Positions 9,812-20,652 are shown, counted from the stretch's first letter. The stretch is DNA of 64,000 nucleotides from an uncultured cyanobacterium (GCA_963740315.1 CAVUDP010000002.1:320001-384000); one strand, 5' to 3'. Numbers and translations: made by a program. Notes: generated from the letters alone by a model not told the origin.

Positions 9812-10624
9812 TTATTTTTCGAGTGAATTAGGTAATGCTGAAGGATAGATATTCTTAACTACCAAAACGGGCTTATCTTTGTAGTCTGCTTCTAATTTAC
9901 TCTTGACACCATCATCCCAAGTAAATTTGTAATCTCTTTCCAAGTCAGCAACTACAAACTTTTGCAAAGTACCTGTAGCAACAACAGTTTCACCTGCTTT
10001 CACATTCTTTGAATAAGGAACTACATCTTTATCATCTGGTACCAAAACTAATAGCTTATCAGCACCAATCAACTTATCATCAAGAGTAAATACATTATTG
10101 CCATTGCCAGTTACATCTTCAATCTTACCCGGTACCGCAATCACTTTATTATAGTAGTTGTCAGGGCTTGATGTAATTTGACCGGGTTGTGGTGCTAGCG
10201 CGATCGACTGAGCAACCATTGCTGCCTTACCCTCAAATTTTGCATAATCTTTCGAGTCAAGGTTTAACTTATAATCTTTGTTAAAATTATCAGTGCCATA
10301 CTTTTTCACTTCACCCGTAATTTGCAACTCTGTATCTTCGGGTAGTGGTTGAGTATCTCCTGTTGCATTTACAACTAAGATGGTATCTCCACCAAAAAAG
10401 TCATCGTCGGTAACGGCAAATGTAGTGTCACTAATTTTATTTATAGCGTTAGTTCTGATAGTTACACTTTGACCTATTAGTTTATCGGTTTTATCCGCAA
10501 CTTCTTCAGCAGTAACGTTTTCTCTTTCTTGTTGTGTTGTATTATCTGCTGTTTCCGCACAAGCTGGAAGAATTACCGCAGCTAATGCCAATGCCAAAGC
10601 TTTTGAACGAAATCTATTTAACAT
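9812..10624 (-). CDS. Lipoprotein with internally duplicated beta-rich domain
   Basis: Lipobox LPAC; two related halves (F.....D.L.G.D.ILV). Confidence 0.75.
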   Translation of the reverse strand: MLNRFRSKALALALAAVILPACAETADNTTQQERENVTAEEVADKTDKLIGQSVTIRTNAINKISDTTFAVTDDDFFGGDTILVVNATGDTQPLPEDTELQITGEVKKYGTDNFNKDYKLNLDSKDYAKFEGKAAMVAQSIALAPQPGQITSSPDNYYNKVIAVPGKIEDVTGNGNNVFTLDDKLIGADKLLVLVPDDKDVVPYSKNVKAGETVVATGTLQKFVVADLERDYKFTWDDGVKSKLEADYKDKPVLVVKNIYPSALPNSLEK

Positions 10625-11134
10625 GAAAAATTCTACTCCTCAAAATTGTATGTATGAATTAAATAATTGCAGTTATGCCTCATTGCTTAAATGCATTATC
10701 TGAAATGGCGATTATAGATTATTCTGTAAATTTTTCCTATCCTCCCCACACTGCTTCTAAATAGTTATTTATAGATTTGCAGCCATATAAAAATTAACCA
10801 CTTTTTTTTAGATAGGTGATGGTTCGCAACATTTCAGACATTTAACTCTGTCAAGAATAAAACATATAAAGCAAATTGGCTTCTACCTTAAGAAAGAAGC
10901 AAAAGACAAGCAAAATATGTGTATCCCGAAAATAAATTGATTTTTTGATTCTGAATCTATGTAAGTCGTCAAAACCTCAAATTAATCAAAGTTTAACCAT
11001 TTATTATCTATTAAGATAGTATTATTGCACTCTTGTCAACATTTTAAAGGCATAATATTAAATAAGTCTTTAGATAGATTAAAAAATATTATGCTTACTG
11101 TAAATAACTTTTGTAAAACCTTGACTCCCAACTC

Positions 11135-14100
11135 CTACCCTTTAACTGCTTCTAAAATATTTAATAAATCATCTGCACCAAAAGGTTTAGGTAAAAATCC
11201 TTGAATATTGGTGACTGATTCTTGTACTAAAGCCTCAGTAGAAACTAATCCACTCATGGCAATAATTTTTACTTGTGGATTCATATGTTGTATGGTGCGG
11301 ATGGCTATTGCACCGTCCATTGATGGCATCATTATATCTATTAAAACAATATTAATTTCTTTTTTTTGCTGCACGTAAACTGCAATTGCTTCGATACCGT
11401 CTTTGGCTGTAATTACGCGGTAATTATAGGTTTCTAGTGTAGTCTTAATAATTTCACAAATTCCAACTTCATCATCTACTATTAAAATTAATTCTTCATT
11501 TCCTATGGGTAGCTCCCTGTTTTCTATTATCGGCGAAACGTCTCCTTCTATAGTTGGTAGATGAACTTTGAATTGAGTACCTTTTTCAACTTTGCTCGAT
11601 ACCTCAATAAAGCCACCGTTGTTTTTGACAATACCCAACACCGTCGATAAACCCAATCCCGTACCTTCTCCTACTTCTTTAGTAGTAAAAAAGGGATCGA
11701 AAATTCTATCTATAATTTTTGAAGAAATACCAACTCCTGTATCGGTAATGGTAACAACAATATAGTGCCCTACTTTTGCATCGATGTTCATTTTGGCATA
11801 GCTTTCATCGATAAACTTATTATGAGCTTCGATAGTTAAAGTCCCCCCTGAAGGCATTGCATCGCGGGCGTTTACTACTAAGTTCATAAATACTTGATGT
11901 AGCTGGGTAGCGTCTGCCGAAACTGCCCATAAATCTCGCGGTAAATCACTTTCAATTTCAATGCTTTTAGGAAATGTACCGCGAGCAAGCTGTTCGATAT
12001 CTCTCAAAAGATGCTTGACTTGCAGCACCGTGCGCCTACCTTCATCGCCACGAGCAAATGAGAGAACTTGTTTCACCAAATTAGCGCCTCGTTTGGCATT
12101 CGCTTCGAGCATCAGCAGCATTTCCGCAGAAGTTTCATCCACATTGCCAAGTTTGAGGGGTAACAACTGCGCGATCGCCAAAACTGGTGTGAGCATATTA
12201 TTTAAATCGTGAGCAATACCGCTTGCTAAAGTACCGAGGCTTTCCAAGCGTTGAGCGCGAAGAAACTGGCTTTCAAGCTGTTTTTTATCGGTGATGTCGG
12301 TATCTACGCTAAGAATTGATTTTGGGTTTCCGGCTTCGTCGCATACCAAAGTCCAACGACTGGCGACAGTAATTTCCCTACCTTGTTTGGTAACTTTTTG
12401 CAGCTCACCCTGCCAGGAACCACTTTGGGTTACTTCTTGGATTGCCTCGGTTAATTGTTGAGTAATTTCTTTATATAAAATTTCGTTGGCATCCTTACCT
12501 AAAACTTCTTGTGTCGTCCATCCGTACATCTTTTCAGCACTTTGATTGCAGTATAAAATTGCTCCCGATAAACTTCTTAACAAAATTGCATCTGTAGCAA
12601 CATCGAGTAACACTGCTTGTTGAGCAATTTTCTCTTCTGCTTGCTTGCGCTCGGTTATATCTATGCAAGAACCAATATAGCCAGCAAAACTTCCATTTAC
12701 ATCAAATCTAGGCGTACCCTTGTCCAAAATCCAGCGATATTCGCCATACCTATTTTGCAATCGGTATTCCATCAAAAACGCTTGCCGAGCATCAAAAGCA
12801 TCAAGGTAAATTTCTACACAGCGCTCTCCCTCGTCTGGATGAATTCCTTCTATCCAGCCATTACCAATTTCTTGCTCTAAAGTTCTTCCCGTAAATCCCA
12901 ACCATGTAGCATTAAAATAGTTAAAAAGTCGATCGCATCCAGCCATCCAAATCATCACGGGGGCTGTATCTGCCATTGCGCGGAATCGTGATTCACTTTC
13001 TCGCAATGCAGATAGTGCTTGTTTATACTTGCTGGTATCTTTAGAAATACCGTAAAAACGGACAACCCTTCCGACTGCATTCGTTTCTACTTTTCCACAA
13101 GAAAATGCGTAACCAATACTTCCATCAGGATGTATAAATCTAAACTCTGTTTCATAGGGAATAGCCTGCTCGATCGCATTGCTTATTAGTTGATTTACCC
13201 GTTCCCTATCCTCCGGATAAATAGCTTGATTGACAGCTTCAATATCAACTATGCTATTACCTTGGTTGGAATTAGTAAATCGATCGAATTCTTTTGACCA
13301 CCAAGTTTCATCCGTAGTCAAATCCCAAGACCAACTGCCTATTTTAGCAATTCGTTGTGCTTCTTGCAGCAAAGCTTCAGTTTGGCGTAATTTTTCTTCA
13401 GCTTGTTTGCGTTGAGTTATATCTCGAATCATAGCCAGTAAACCAATTTTTTCGCCGCGATCGTTATGCAGATAACTAACCGATAACTCAACGTGAATTC
13501 GTTCGCCATTCTTTTTAATATGAATATTTTCCCCCTGCCACCAACCCTTTGCAGACAAATTTTCTTTGGCAATCTCCTTGTCTTGCAAATTCAGCCAGCG
13601 ATATTCATAAGCGAATCCTAAATCCCGCCCAATAAATTCTGAAGCATTAATATTGTATTGCTCCTCGGCTCGTTGATTTAAATAAATAATTTTATGTTCG
13701 TTATCGATCGCAATCACCGCATCGCTAACATGAGCTAATATATTTGCATCAAATTTAATTTGTGCTTCACTTACCGAGATGCGATCGTCCTGCTCTGTGT
13801 CAGCATTTGCATTCGTGTTGATGATATCATCATGTTTATCCACAAATACTTGCAATAAACTTTTTTCTTCGACAATTCCCAGCAAGTTATCCGTCTCATC
13901 TACAACTGGTAAATGGGAAATTCCATGCTGATGCATTATTCGTAACACCGTAAAAATATCTTGATTCGGTGTTTTTTTTAAACTGATTACTTCCCGTTTC
14001 ATCACCTCAGCTACTTTGATAGCAGATAAATTTATACCAGTTGCAGCAAGTCTCAATATGTCAGCTTGAGTCAATATTCCAATCAAACGACATTTTTGAG

Positions 14101-14260
14101 TAACTAAAATACAACTTGCCTTTTCTTCACCTGCATAACTTATATTCAGCATTAAAGTAATCGCATCGCTTACCAAAGTATCGGGTGTAACTTTCAAACA
14201 ATAAGTCTCAATTACCCGATTTAAATCAATTAAACTATTAGAATTTGTAATAGATAACAT
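11135..14260 (-). CDS. Hybrid sensor histidine kinase (CBS pair, multiple PAS, HisKA, HATPase, REC)
   Basis: H-box GIAHDLNN, N-box FMNLVVNARDAM, G-boxes DTGVG and GTGLGL, REC DIMMP; ATG 14260 preferred over TTG 14290. Confidence 0.92.
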   Translation of the reverse strand: MLSITNSNSLIDLNRVIETYCLKVTPDTLVSDAITLMLNISYAGEEKASCILVTQKCRLIGILTQADILRLAATGINLSAIKVAEVMKREVISLKKTPNQDIFTVLRIMHQHGISHLPVVDETDNLLGIVEEKSLLQVFVDKHDDIINTNANADTEQDDRISVSEAQIKFDANILAHVSDAVIAIDNEHKIIYLNQRAEEQYNINASEFIGRDLGFAYEYRWLNLQDKEIAKENLSAKGWWQGENIHIKKNGERIHVELSVSYLHNDRGEKIGLLAMIRDITQRKQAEEKLRQTEALLQEAQRIAKIGSWSWDLTTDETWWSKEFDRFTNSNQGNSIVDIEAVNQAIYPEDRERVNQLISNAIEQAIPYETEFRFIHPDGSIGYAFSCGKVETNAVGRVVRFYGISKDTSKYKQALSALRESESRFRAMADTAPVMIWMAGCDRLFNYFNATWLGFTGRTLEQEIGNGWIEGIHPDEGERCVEIYLDAFDARQAFLMEYRLQNRYGEYRWILDKGTPRFDVNGSFAGYIGSCIDITERKQAEEKIAQQAVLLDVATDAILLRSLSGAILYCNQSAEKMYGWTTQEVLGKDANEILYKEITQQLTEAIQEVTQSGSWQGELQKVTKQGREITVASRWTLVCDEAGNPKSILSVDTDITDKKQLESQFLRAQRLESLGTLASGIAHDLNNMLTPVLAIAQLLPLKLGNVDETSAEMLLMLEANAKRGANLVKQVLSFARGDEGRRTVLQVKHLLRDIEQLARGTFPKSIEIESDLPRDLWAVSADATQLHQVFMNLVVNARDAMPSGGTLTIEAHNKFIDESYAKMNIDAKVGHYIVVTITDTGVGISSKIIDRIFDPFFTTKEVGEGTGLGLSTVLGIVKNNGGFIEVSSKVEKGTQFKVHLPTIEGDVSPIIENRELPIGNEELILIVDDEVGICEIIKTTLETYNYRVITAKDGIEAIAVYVQQKKEINIVLIDIMMPSMDGAIAIRTIQHMNPQVKIIAMSGLVSTEALVQESVTNIQGFLPKPFGADDLLNILEAVKG

Positions 14261-14584
14261 AGTTAAATGCCTCAATAATAATGAAGGCAATTAGGAATAA
14301 TAATATCGCTAATTTCACCTAATTTATCTGAAAATTTAATTTATATTTTTCTAAATAAAACTCGATCGAACAAAAAGAGTTATAAAGAGTTATCGTTACT
14401 AACTTGAAAAAAGTTATATTAGTATTGTAGCAATGTTTTAAAAATACACGGCTAGCTTTAGAGGTAGTTTATATATTGCGTCCATTCATCAATAAAATTT
14501 TATAATTAGTATTTTATATTTTTATGTATAAATTCTAATATACAACACTTAACGATCGCTAACTAATTACCTTATACACAAACA

Positions 14585-14713
14585 ATATGAGGAACTTGTG
14601 AGTATTAAGTTTAATTTATAGATTTGCAGTCAAAACTTCACACTTTACATTACTTAAAAGAAAGCTCAATCGTTCGCTATAAATTTTGGATTTTCCTCAC
14701 AAGTTTCTCATAT
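14585..14713. promoter_or_regulatory. Pair of oppositely oriented 18-bp operator-like boxes, each an 11-bp-period direct repeat
   Basis: ATATGAGGAACTTGTGAG (14585-14602) and CTCACAAGTTTCTCATAT (14696-14713) are reverse complements at 17/18 positions. Confidence 0.55.
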
Positions 14714-14804
14714 TTGTTTTCTATCCTAAAGGCATAACAATTCATTTACTTATTTATCTTCCTGAAACGATCGCAAATAATAAAAGAGGTTAAAAAAAAT
14801 CACC

Positions 14805-15041
14805 ATGAATTACTGTCCCTGCTGCAAAGACACGCTTTTGTACCACATCAGCAACAACCATACTTACTGGTTTTGTCCGAGTTGCTGGCAAGAAATGCCT
14901 GTATGCGATTTATCTAATAGTCATTCTTTAATAAAATCGTTATCGGGTAGATTATCTATAATCCATCAAAAAGTAGAAAAGTCGAGCTTAAATTGTCCCG
15001 TAACTTCTGCTAATTCCGATAAACTTGCTCTAATGCGATAA
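14805..15041 (+). CDS. Small Zn-ribbon protein
   Basis: CPCC...WFCPSCWQEMP; upstream AGAGG SD-like sequence. Confidence 0.7.
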   Translation: MNYCPCCKDTLLYHISNNHTYWFCPSCWQEMPVCDLSNSHSLIKSLSGRLSIIHQKVEKSSLNCPVTSANSDKLALMR

Positions 15042-15342
15042 TGGTTGCATCAATTAAATACTGCGATCGCGCGATCGTTTTTGATTCAGTTTTAATAGAC
15101 TTGTTTCTAAGCCACTCCTAAAAAAACTTAAGGGTGGCTTATATTTTTAATTTTACAAAATATAAATAAAAGTTGATATTTGTTAAGTAAGGCGAAGCAT
15201 TATTGATTTGATATTCTAATATTTAGATTACAGCTTACTCATTTTATAGTCTTACCAATTAATTGACCTATTGTCCGCATCTGAATATCCGCAGAAATGA
15301 CTGTAATCCTTTCCTGCTTTGCGAACGAAAAAGCTACAAGGA

Positions 15343-16044
15343 ATGAAAATATTAGTAGTAGAAGATGACAAATATATTGCAAAAGTGTTGAGTCTGGTTC
15401 TGGGCGATCGCAATTATGTGACTGAAATAGCCTCTGATGGAGAAGAGGCTTGGGGATTTATAAAACTTTTTGATTACGACTTAATTATTCTCGATATCAC
15501 TTTACCAAAACTAGATGGTATTAGCCTTTGCCGACAGATACGCTCGGATGGTTTACAAACCCCAATTATGCTATTAACTGGATTAGGTTGTCCTCATGAA
15601 AAAGCTGTCGGCTTGGATGCTGGTGCAGATGATTACATGGTTAAACCTTTTGACGAGGAAGAATTAACCGCTCGTATCCGGGCGCTTTTGCGTAGGGGAA
15701 AGATAAAATCCTTACCTATTTTAAAATGGGGTGAATTGCAACTTGACCCTACGCTTTATGAAGTAACTTATAATAAACAACTCTTAGCTTTAACTCCCAA
15801 AGAATACGCGTTATTAGAGCTTTTGTTACGAAACACTCATCATATATTTAGTTGCAGCACGATTTTAAACCATCTTTGGTCTTACGAAGACGCTCCTACA
15901 GAAGAAGCCGTTCGGACTCATATTAAAGGATTGCGAATGAAACTCAAAGCTGTGGGTGCCCCTAGCAATATTATTGAAACTGTTTATGGTATTGGTTATC
16001 GTTTGAATCCCGTGGTTGAAGAGGCAGCAGAAGCTTTGTCGTAA
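15343..16044 (+). CDS. OmpR/PhoB-family response regulator (REC + winged helix, RcaC-like N-terminus)
   Basis: MKILVVEDD, LDITLP, GADDYMVKPF, IETVYGIGYRL. Confidence 0.92.
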   Translation: MKILVVEDDKYIAKVLSLVLGDRNYVTEIASDGEEAWGFIKLFDYDLIILDITLPKLDGISLCRQIRSDGLQTPIMLLTGLGCPHEKAVGLDAGADDYMVKPFDEEELTARIRALLRRGKIKSLPILKWGELQLDPTLYEVTYNKQLLALTPKEYALLELLLRNTHHIFSCSTILNHLWSYEDAPTEEAVRTHIKGLRMKLKAVGAPSNIIETVYGIGYRLNPVVEEAAEALS

Positions 16045-16241
16045 AAACCGATAATAAAAGGCGACTAGTTAATAGCCGCCTCTAATATCATATTTTTATT
16101 AAATTTGGGCTGTTTAATCAAAATCAAAAATAAAAACTTCACAATTTTTATTAAATTACGCTACAATACTTACATATGCATAAAATAGCAAAATTGTCAA
16201 CTTAAGTAGAACAGTTTTGATGTTAAAGATATTAAAAGTAT

Positions 16242-16550
16242 TCAGGCAACAGAATTATTTCCAGCAGAATGCAGTTTTCTTGGCGCACTAATCGACACTA
16301 CCATAGAATCCATTTCTAAATTTTCGATATCTTCTGGGGTAACGGTAGCTGTAAATAAGTTAGCTGAAATATGACCTCTTAATCTAAGACCTGCGGGTAC
16401 ATATCCAGGCTCGGCAACTTTTACGGTGACTCCATAAACATCATCGCCGTCTTGTTGCGATTGTGCTATTTCAGAGCCGTGTTCTTTTTTATGGCAGCCG
16501 TGGAGCGTAGTTTTTCTAACGCGCACGGGTTTACCTGCTATGTAAAGCAT
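16242..16550 (-). CDS. Small protein resembling the S8 protease prodomain (putative inhibitor)
   Basis: 102 aa, 67 bp downstream of the S8 gene, AAGGA SD-like; C-terminal half aligns with the protease N-terminal region. Confidence 0.65.
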   Translation of the reverse strand: MLYIAGKPVRVRKTTLHGCHKKEHGSEIAQSQQDGDDVYGVTVKVAEPGYVPAGLRLRGHISANLFTATVTPEDIENLEMDSMVVSISAPRKLHSAGNNSVA

Positions 16551-16617
16551 AGGTAACTATTCCTTATTAAAGACCCTATTTTTGCGATCGAATAATATTA
16601 TATTCTATCACTTCATA

Positions 16618-18414
16618 CTACCACATCGTTCTGACGGCGGAAATAGCAGCTTGGGCATTAATAGGACCGTAACCGTAACGCGCTTTTTTTAAAGGATCTT
16701 TGGGAGGATTATTTTCAGCACTTTGGATAAGAATATCGCGGATTTGGTTAATATCTAATTTGATATTGTGAGCGTTAGCTTCACTTAACATCAAGGCTAT
16801 GATTCCCGTGACAACTGGTGCGGACATACTGGTGCCTGATTTTCTCGAAGACTTAGTTTGAGTCAGTGAACTGGCTGCCCATATATTTTGTCCGGGAGCG
16901 ATAAAATCGGGTTTTTGTCGTCCGTCGCGAGTTGGTCCGGAACTGGAAAAATATGATAAAGGTTGATTGGGTTTTGTGGGATCGTAACAGCCAACCATAA
17001 TGATATTGCGTCCGCAGCCGATGGAGTTAACGGTATGAGTGCGATCGTATGGCGGCACAAAGCTGGTTTGAGAACCATCTTCACGTTCTATCCAAGCGTG
17101 AAAATTACCGCTACTTACTTCAACTCCATGCAGTCGTACAGTCCAGATGCCTCCCGGAAGTTTGGATTCCATAAAAACACCAATCATATTATCGCCGTTG
17201 TTGGGGTCGCAAAAACGGTGAGATAAGTAAATCACGGTGTTATCGTGTTCGTCTACAATTTCTCCATTTTCATCTAGTTGCAGACTTACCAAAGGTTCGC
17301 TATCGGGAGGAATAATTTCCAAACGAAATTTATCCCCGCCATCGTACCAAAGTTCCATTGCTTTGTACTGCCAATGTCCCCTGGGAATATCCCAATGCAA
17401 ATCGGTGAAACCATCTTGCGGCACTTTTCCCGAAGCATGAATTCCTTTATCGTAGGAATTTCCCGCCGCAATAACTACTGCCCGATTCGGCTTTTCACCG
17501 ACCAAAGCATCTATACTTTGTTCCACCAAAGCAGTACCATCATGAGGTCCGCCGTGCAACGCCAAACTAATATTAATTGCACAAGCGCGTTCATGGGCAA
17601 TTTCAAAAATAAAATCCACCGCTTCCACAAGTTCGGTAGTATCGCCCAAAGACTTATCTACAGCCGAACCTCCATTAGCCAAAACTGCTTCAACAGCACC
17701 GTTGGAAAAATGAACGAAGACAATATCGGCTCTGGGTGCAATACCCGGATTCCCGGTACCGTTTCCATTTCCCGCAGCGATATCCATGACATGAGTTCCG
17801 TGAGCGAGTTTTCCGGGATAGTAGCCCAAAGCCAAATAAGGATCGTCTGCCTGTAAAGCTTCGTTGATTTCTGCGCTGCGATAAACTTTTCCATAACCGA
17901 AAGGGCTATCGGGTTCCGATAAACCATCTTGATCCCATAAAGCGAGTATTCTGGTAGAGCCATCTGGGTGACGAAAATTCTGATGAGCGAAATCGCAACC
18001 CACATCAATAATTCCTACAACTACATTTTGTCCTTGCTCGCCAGCGGAACCTACTGGTATCGAGTCACGATGAATTACAACTTCTTCAGTATCATCAACA
18101 GTCAATTGCAAACTTTGCGATGCTTGCAAACTAACGACGCAAGGGGAACTACGCACCGCTTGCAACCGCGAAACGGGAACTCTGGCGGTAACAATAATAT
18201 CTCCATCTGGCGTGCTTCCAACTTCTGCACCTTCCCGTACCTCACTCAGCGATCGCCATGCTCGAACATCATTCACCTTAGCAATTACCGCGACTTCTCC
18301 CACCTCTGTTGAAGCTGTAGGTAGAGTAGGTAGTCCACGGCGACAACGTTGTATAAGTCTTTGCAATCTTGGGTCAATATCTGCAAAAATATCCGTCCAT
18401 TCAAATCGCATCAA
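16618..18414 (-). CDS. S8 subtilisin-like serine protease (Csp-like, with inserted domain)
   Basis: Catalytic triad VGIID, HGTHV, GTSMSAP; oxyanion AAGN; no signal peptide. Confidence 0.9.
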   Translation of the reverse strand: MMRFEWTDIFADIDPRLQRLIQRCRRGLPTLPTASTEVGEVAVIAKVNDVRAWRSLSEVREGAEVGSTPDGDIIVTARVPVSRLQAVRSSPCVVSLQASQSLQLTVDDTEEVVIHRDSIPVGSAGEQGQNVVVGIIDVGCDFAHQNFRHPDGSTRILALWDQDGLSEPDSPFGYGKVYRSAEINEALQADDPYLALGYYPGKLAHGTHVMDIAAGNGNGTGNPGIAPRADIVFVHFSNGAVEAVLANGGSAVDKSLGDTTELVEAVDFIFEIAHERACAINISLALHGGPHDGTALVEQSIDALVGEKPNRAVVIAAGNSYDKGIHASGKVPQDGFTDLHWDIPRGHWQYKAMELWYDGGDKFRLEIIPPDSEPLVSLQLDENGEIVDEHDNTVIYLSHRFCDPNNGDNMIGVFMESKLPGGIWTVRLHGVEVSSGNFHAWIEREDGSQTSFVPPYDRTHTVNSIGCGRNIIMVGCYDPTKPNQPLSYFSSSGPTRDGRQKPDFIAPGQNIWAASSLTQTKSSRKSGTSMSAPVVTGIIALMLSEANAHNIKLDINQIRDILIQSAENNPPKDPLKKARYGYGPINAQAAISAVRTMW

Positions 18415-19047
18415 TCACCTTCTTTTGTTTCACGAATCAATATGAGGCTTAATTGTTTATCATATATATCTATTCTAAATTACGAGTTCTTTTTCATTTC
18501 CTCAGATAAAAACCTATGTAATAAAGCTGATATTTGCTATTTTCATTGTAGCTTAAACTACAGCTATTTTTATTTTGCTAGAGAATATTTTGGAAGGGAT
18601 AAAAAAGTCAGAATAATCAAAAGTTTGTATTAAGGATTTTAATAATTAAGAAGTTCGCGAAATTCATCGAAACATCTTATACATTTTATTTAACCTGTTT
18701 GTTTGATGCTTTTTTAGTTTTGCAGTCAAGAGAATCATTTACTTTGAATATTGCGCTTTATCTATTATGCTTCCTCGTTTAATTACAGGATTAATTACAA
18801 CATTGTGGTTCTATTTCTTCTTAATTATCTACTATATAATTTTAAAAACAATTTCGGTTTTTTACTATATATACATAATTTTAAAAGCGATTGTGCCCGG
18901 TGCGTAAGTCCTATTAGTTAACACATCAATCAAAAAGATCCTCTAACAAGATATTTACAAAAACCCAACAGATTGATATATCTAACTTGGCTTGACATTA
19001 TAAAAGCCGTAAGTAAGTCAGAAACCAATATATATATCTAAAAAATC

Positions 19048-20394
19048 GTGTTGCAAATTAACAGAAAAATAATTGGTTTAACAATCTTAGCGATGGTGGT
19101 TTTTGCTGGATGTACTAACTCAACACCCAATCAAACTACTACGAATCCAAGCGATCGAGGAAACGTAATATTTATCCACCCAGATGGTACGAGTGCATCT
19201 CATTGGGGTGCGGCGCGGATGCTGCATTACGGTCCGGATAGTAGGCTGAATTGGGATAAAATGTCAAACTTGGGCGTGTATTTGGGACATTTGAAAAACC
19301 AACTTACCGCAACTTCTAACGCGGGTGCGGTAATTCACGCCACGGGAGTTAAAGTCAACAGCGATTCTTTTGGCTTAGATGAAAACGGACAACCGATAGT
19401 TGCAGCTTCCGGTAAACCGCAAACAATTATGCAAGAAGCAGTTGAAGCTGGTAAGGCAACGGCGATGATCAATTCCGGGATCATACCCGAACCCGGCACT
19501 GGGGCTTTTGTTGCTAAAACCAAGACGAGACGCGAGTTTACAGAAATTACCAAGCAAATAGTTAATTCTGGTGTCGATGTAATTTTAGGTGGTGGTGAAG
19601 TATTTTATCTCCCTAAAGGTACGCCGGGAAAGTACGCCAAAGCCGAAGAAAGTCAGCGGGAAGACGGAGTAAATTTAATTGAAGAAGCGAAAAAAAAGGG
19701 TTATACGGTAGTTTATACCCGCGACGAACTTTTGGATTTACCCGCAGACACCAAAAAAGTATTAGGAATATTCGCGGCGACAGATACTTATAACGACGAA
19801 TCCGAAGAAGATTTAAAAGAGAAAAATTTGCCCTTATACGTTGCAGATACTCCGACAGTTTCCCAAATGTTAGATGCAACTTTAAAAATTGTATCCCAAA
19901 ATTCAAATGGTTTTTTTATTGTTTTAGAAGAAGAAGGAAGCGACAACTTTTGTAATTACAACAACGCCAAAGGCTGTATAGAAGCAGTTAAACGCGCCGA
20001 TGATGCCGTTGGTGTAGCAATGAAATTTATCGATAAAAATCCTAACACTTTATTAGTAACTGCCGCCGATAGCGATGCAGGTGGTTTGGAAGTAATTGGA
20101 GTCACTACCGAAAATTTCCCCTTAGATAAACCATTACCAGAAAAAGGTGATAACGGCGCACCGTGGGATGGTAAAGATGGAACTGCTACATTACCATTTG
20201 TTTCAGGACCAGATAAAGGGGGAAATAATTATCCCTTTGCGATCGCGTGGGCAGGGTTCAATGATTTCACTGGTTCAGTTGTTGCCAAAGCACACGGATT
20301 AAATGCAGATAAATTACCATCAACTGTAGACAATACAGATATTTACCGTTTGATGTACTTAACATTATTTGGTAAAGAAATACCGCAACGGTAG
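19048..20394 (+). CDS. Alkaline phosphatase family lipoprotein (atypical metal ligands)
   Basis: Lipobox FAGC; VIFIHPDG, TSNAGA nucleophile, VDVILGGG, GFFIVLEE, VDNTDIY. Confidence 0.8.
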   Translation: MLQINRKIIGLTILAMVVFAGCTNSTPNQTTTNPSDRGNVIFIHPDGTSASHWGAARMLHYGPDSRLNWDKMSNLGVYLGHLKNQLTATSNAGAVIHATGVKVNSDSFGLDENGQPIVAASGKPQTIMQEAVEAGKATAMINSGIIPEPGTGAFVAKTKTRREFTEITKQIVNSGVDVILGGGEVFYLPKGTPGKYAKAEESQREDGVNLIEEAKKKGYTVVYTRDELLDLPADTKKVLGIFAATDTYNDESEEDLKEKNLPLYVADTPTVSQMLDATLKIVSQNSNGFFIVLEEEGSDNFCNYNNAKGCIEAVKRADDAVGVAMKFIDKNPNTLLVTAADSDAGGLEVIGVTTENFPLDKPLPEKGDNGAPWDGKDGTATLPFVSGPDKGGNNYPFAIAWAGFNDFTGSVVAKAHGLNADKLPSTVDNTDIYRLMYLTLFGKEIPQR

Positions 20395-20652
20395 AGGGGA
20401 TGGGGAGATGGGGGGATGGGGGAGATGGGGGGACAAGGGGACAAGGGGACAAGGAGAAATTTAAACTACTAATTCCTAACTCCTAACTCCTAACTTATTA
20501 CCTTTAACCTTAATTAACGGTGGACAAAATCATAATTGTCCACCATTAAATTGTTATAGGGAGTCACGTATCTACAATTCAAGCCAAGCTATTTGAAGAG
20601 AAGCACACTGATTTAAAATTTTAGTTATCTGTTCGCGTTACATAAATGCCGT

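Noticed and set aside
17278..17856. 192-aa antisense ORF and other shadow ORFs over the S8 gene
   Set aside because: Antisense to a clear protease gene in GC-richer DNA; no motifs
18899..18913. TGCGTAAGTCCTA MITE-like end
   Set aside because: No matching opposite end found nearby; at most a solo remnant
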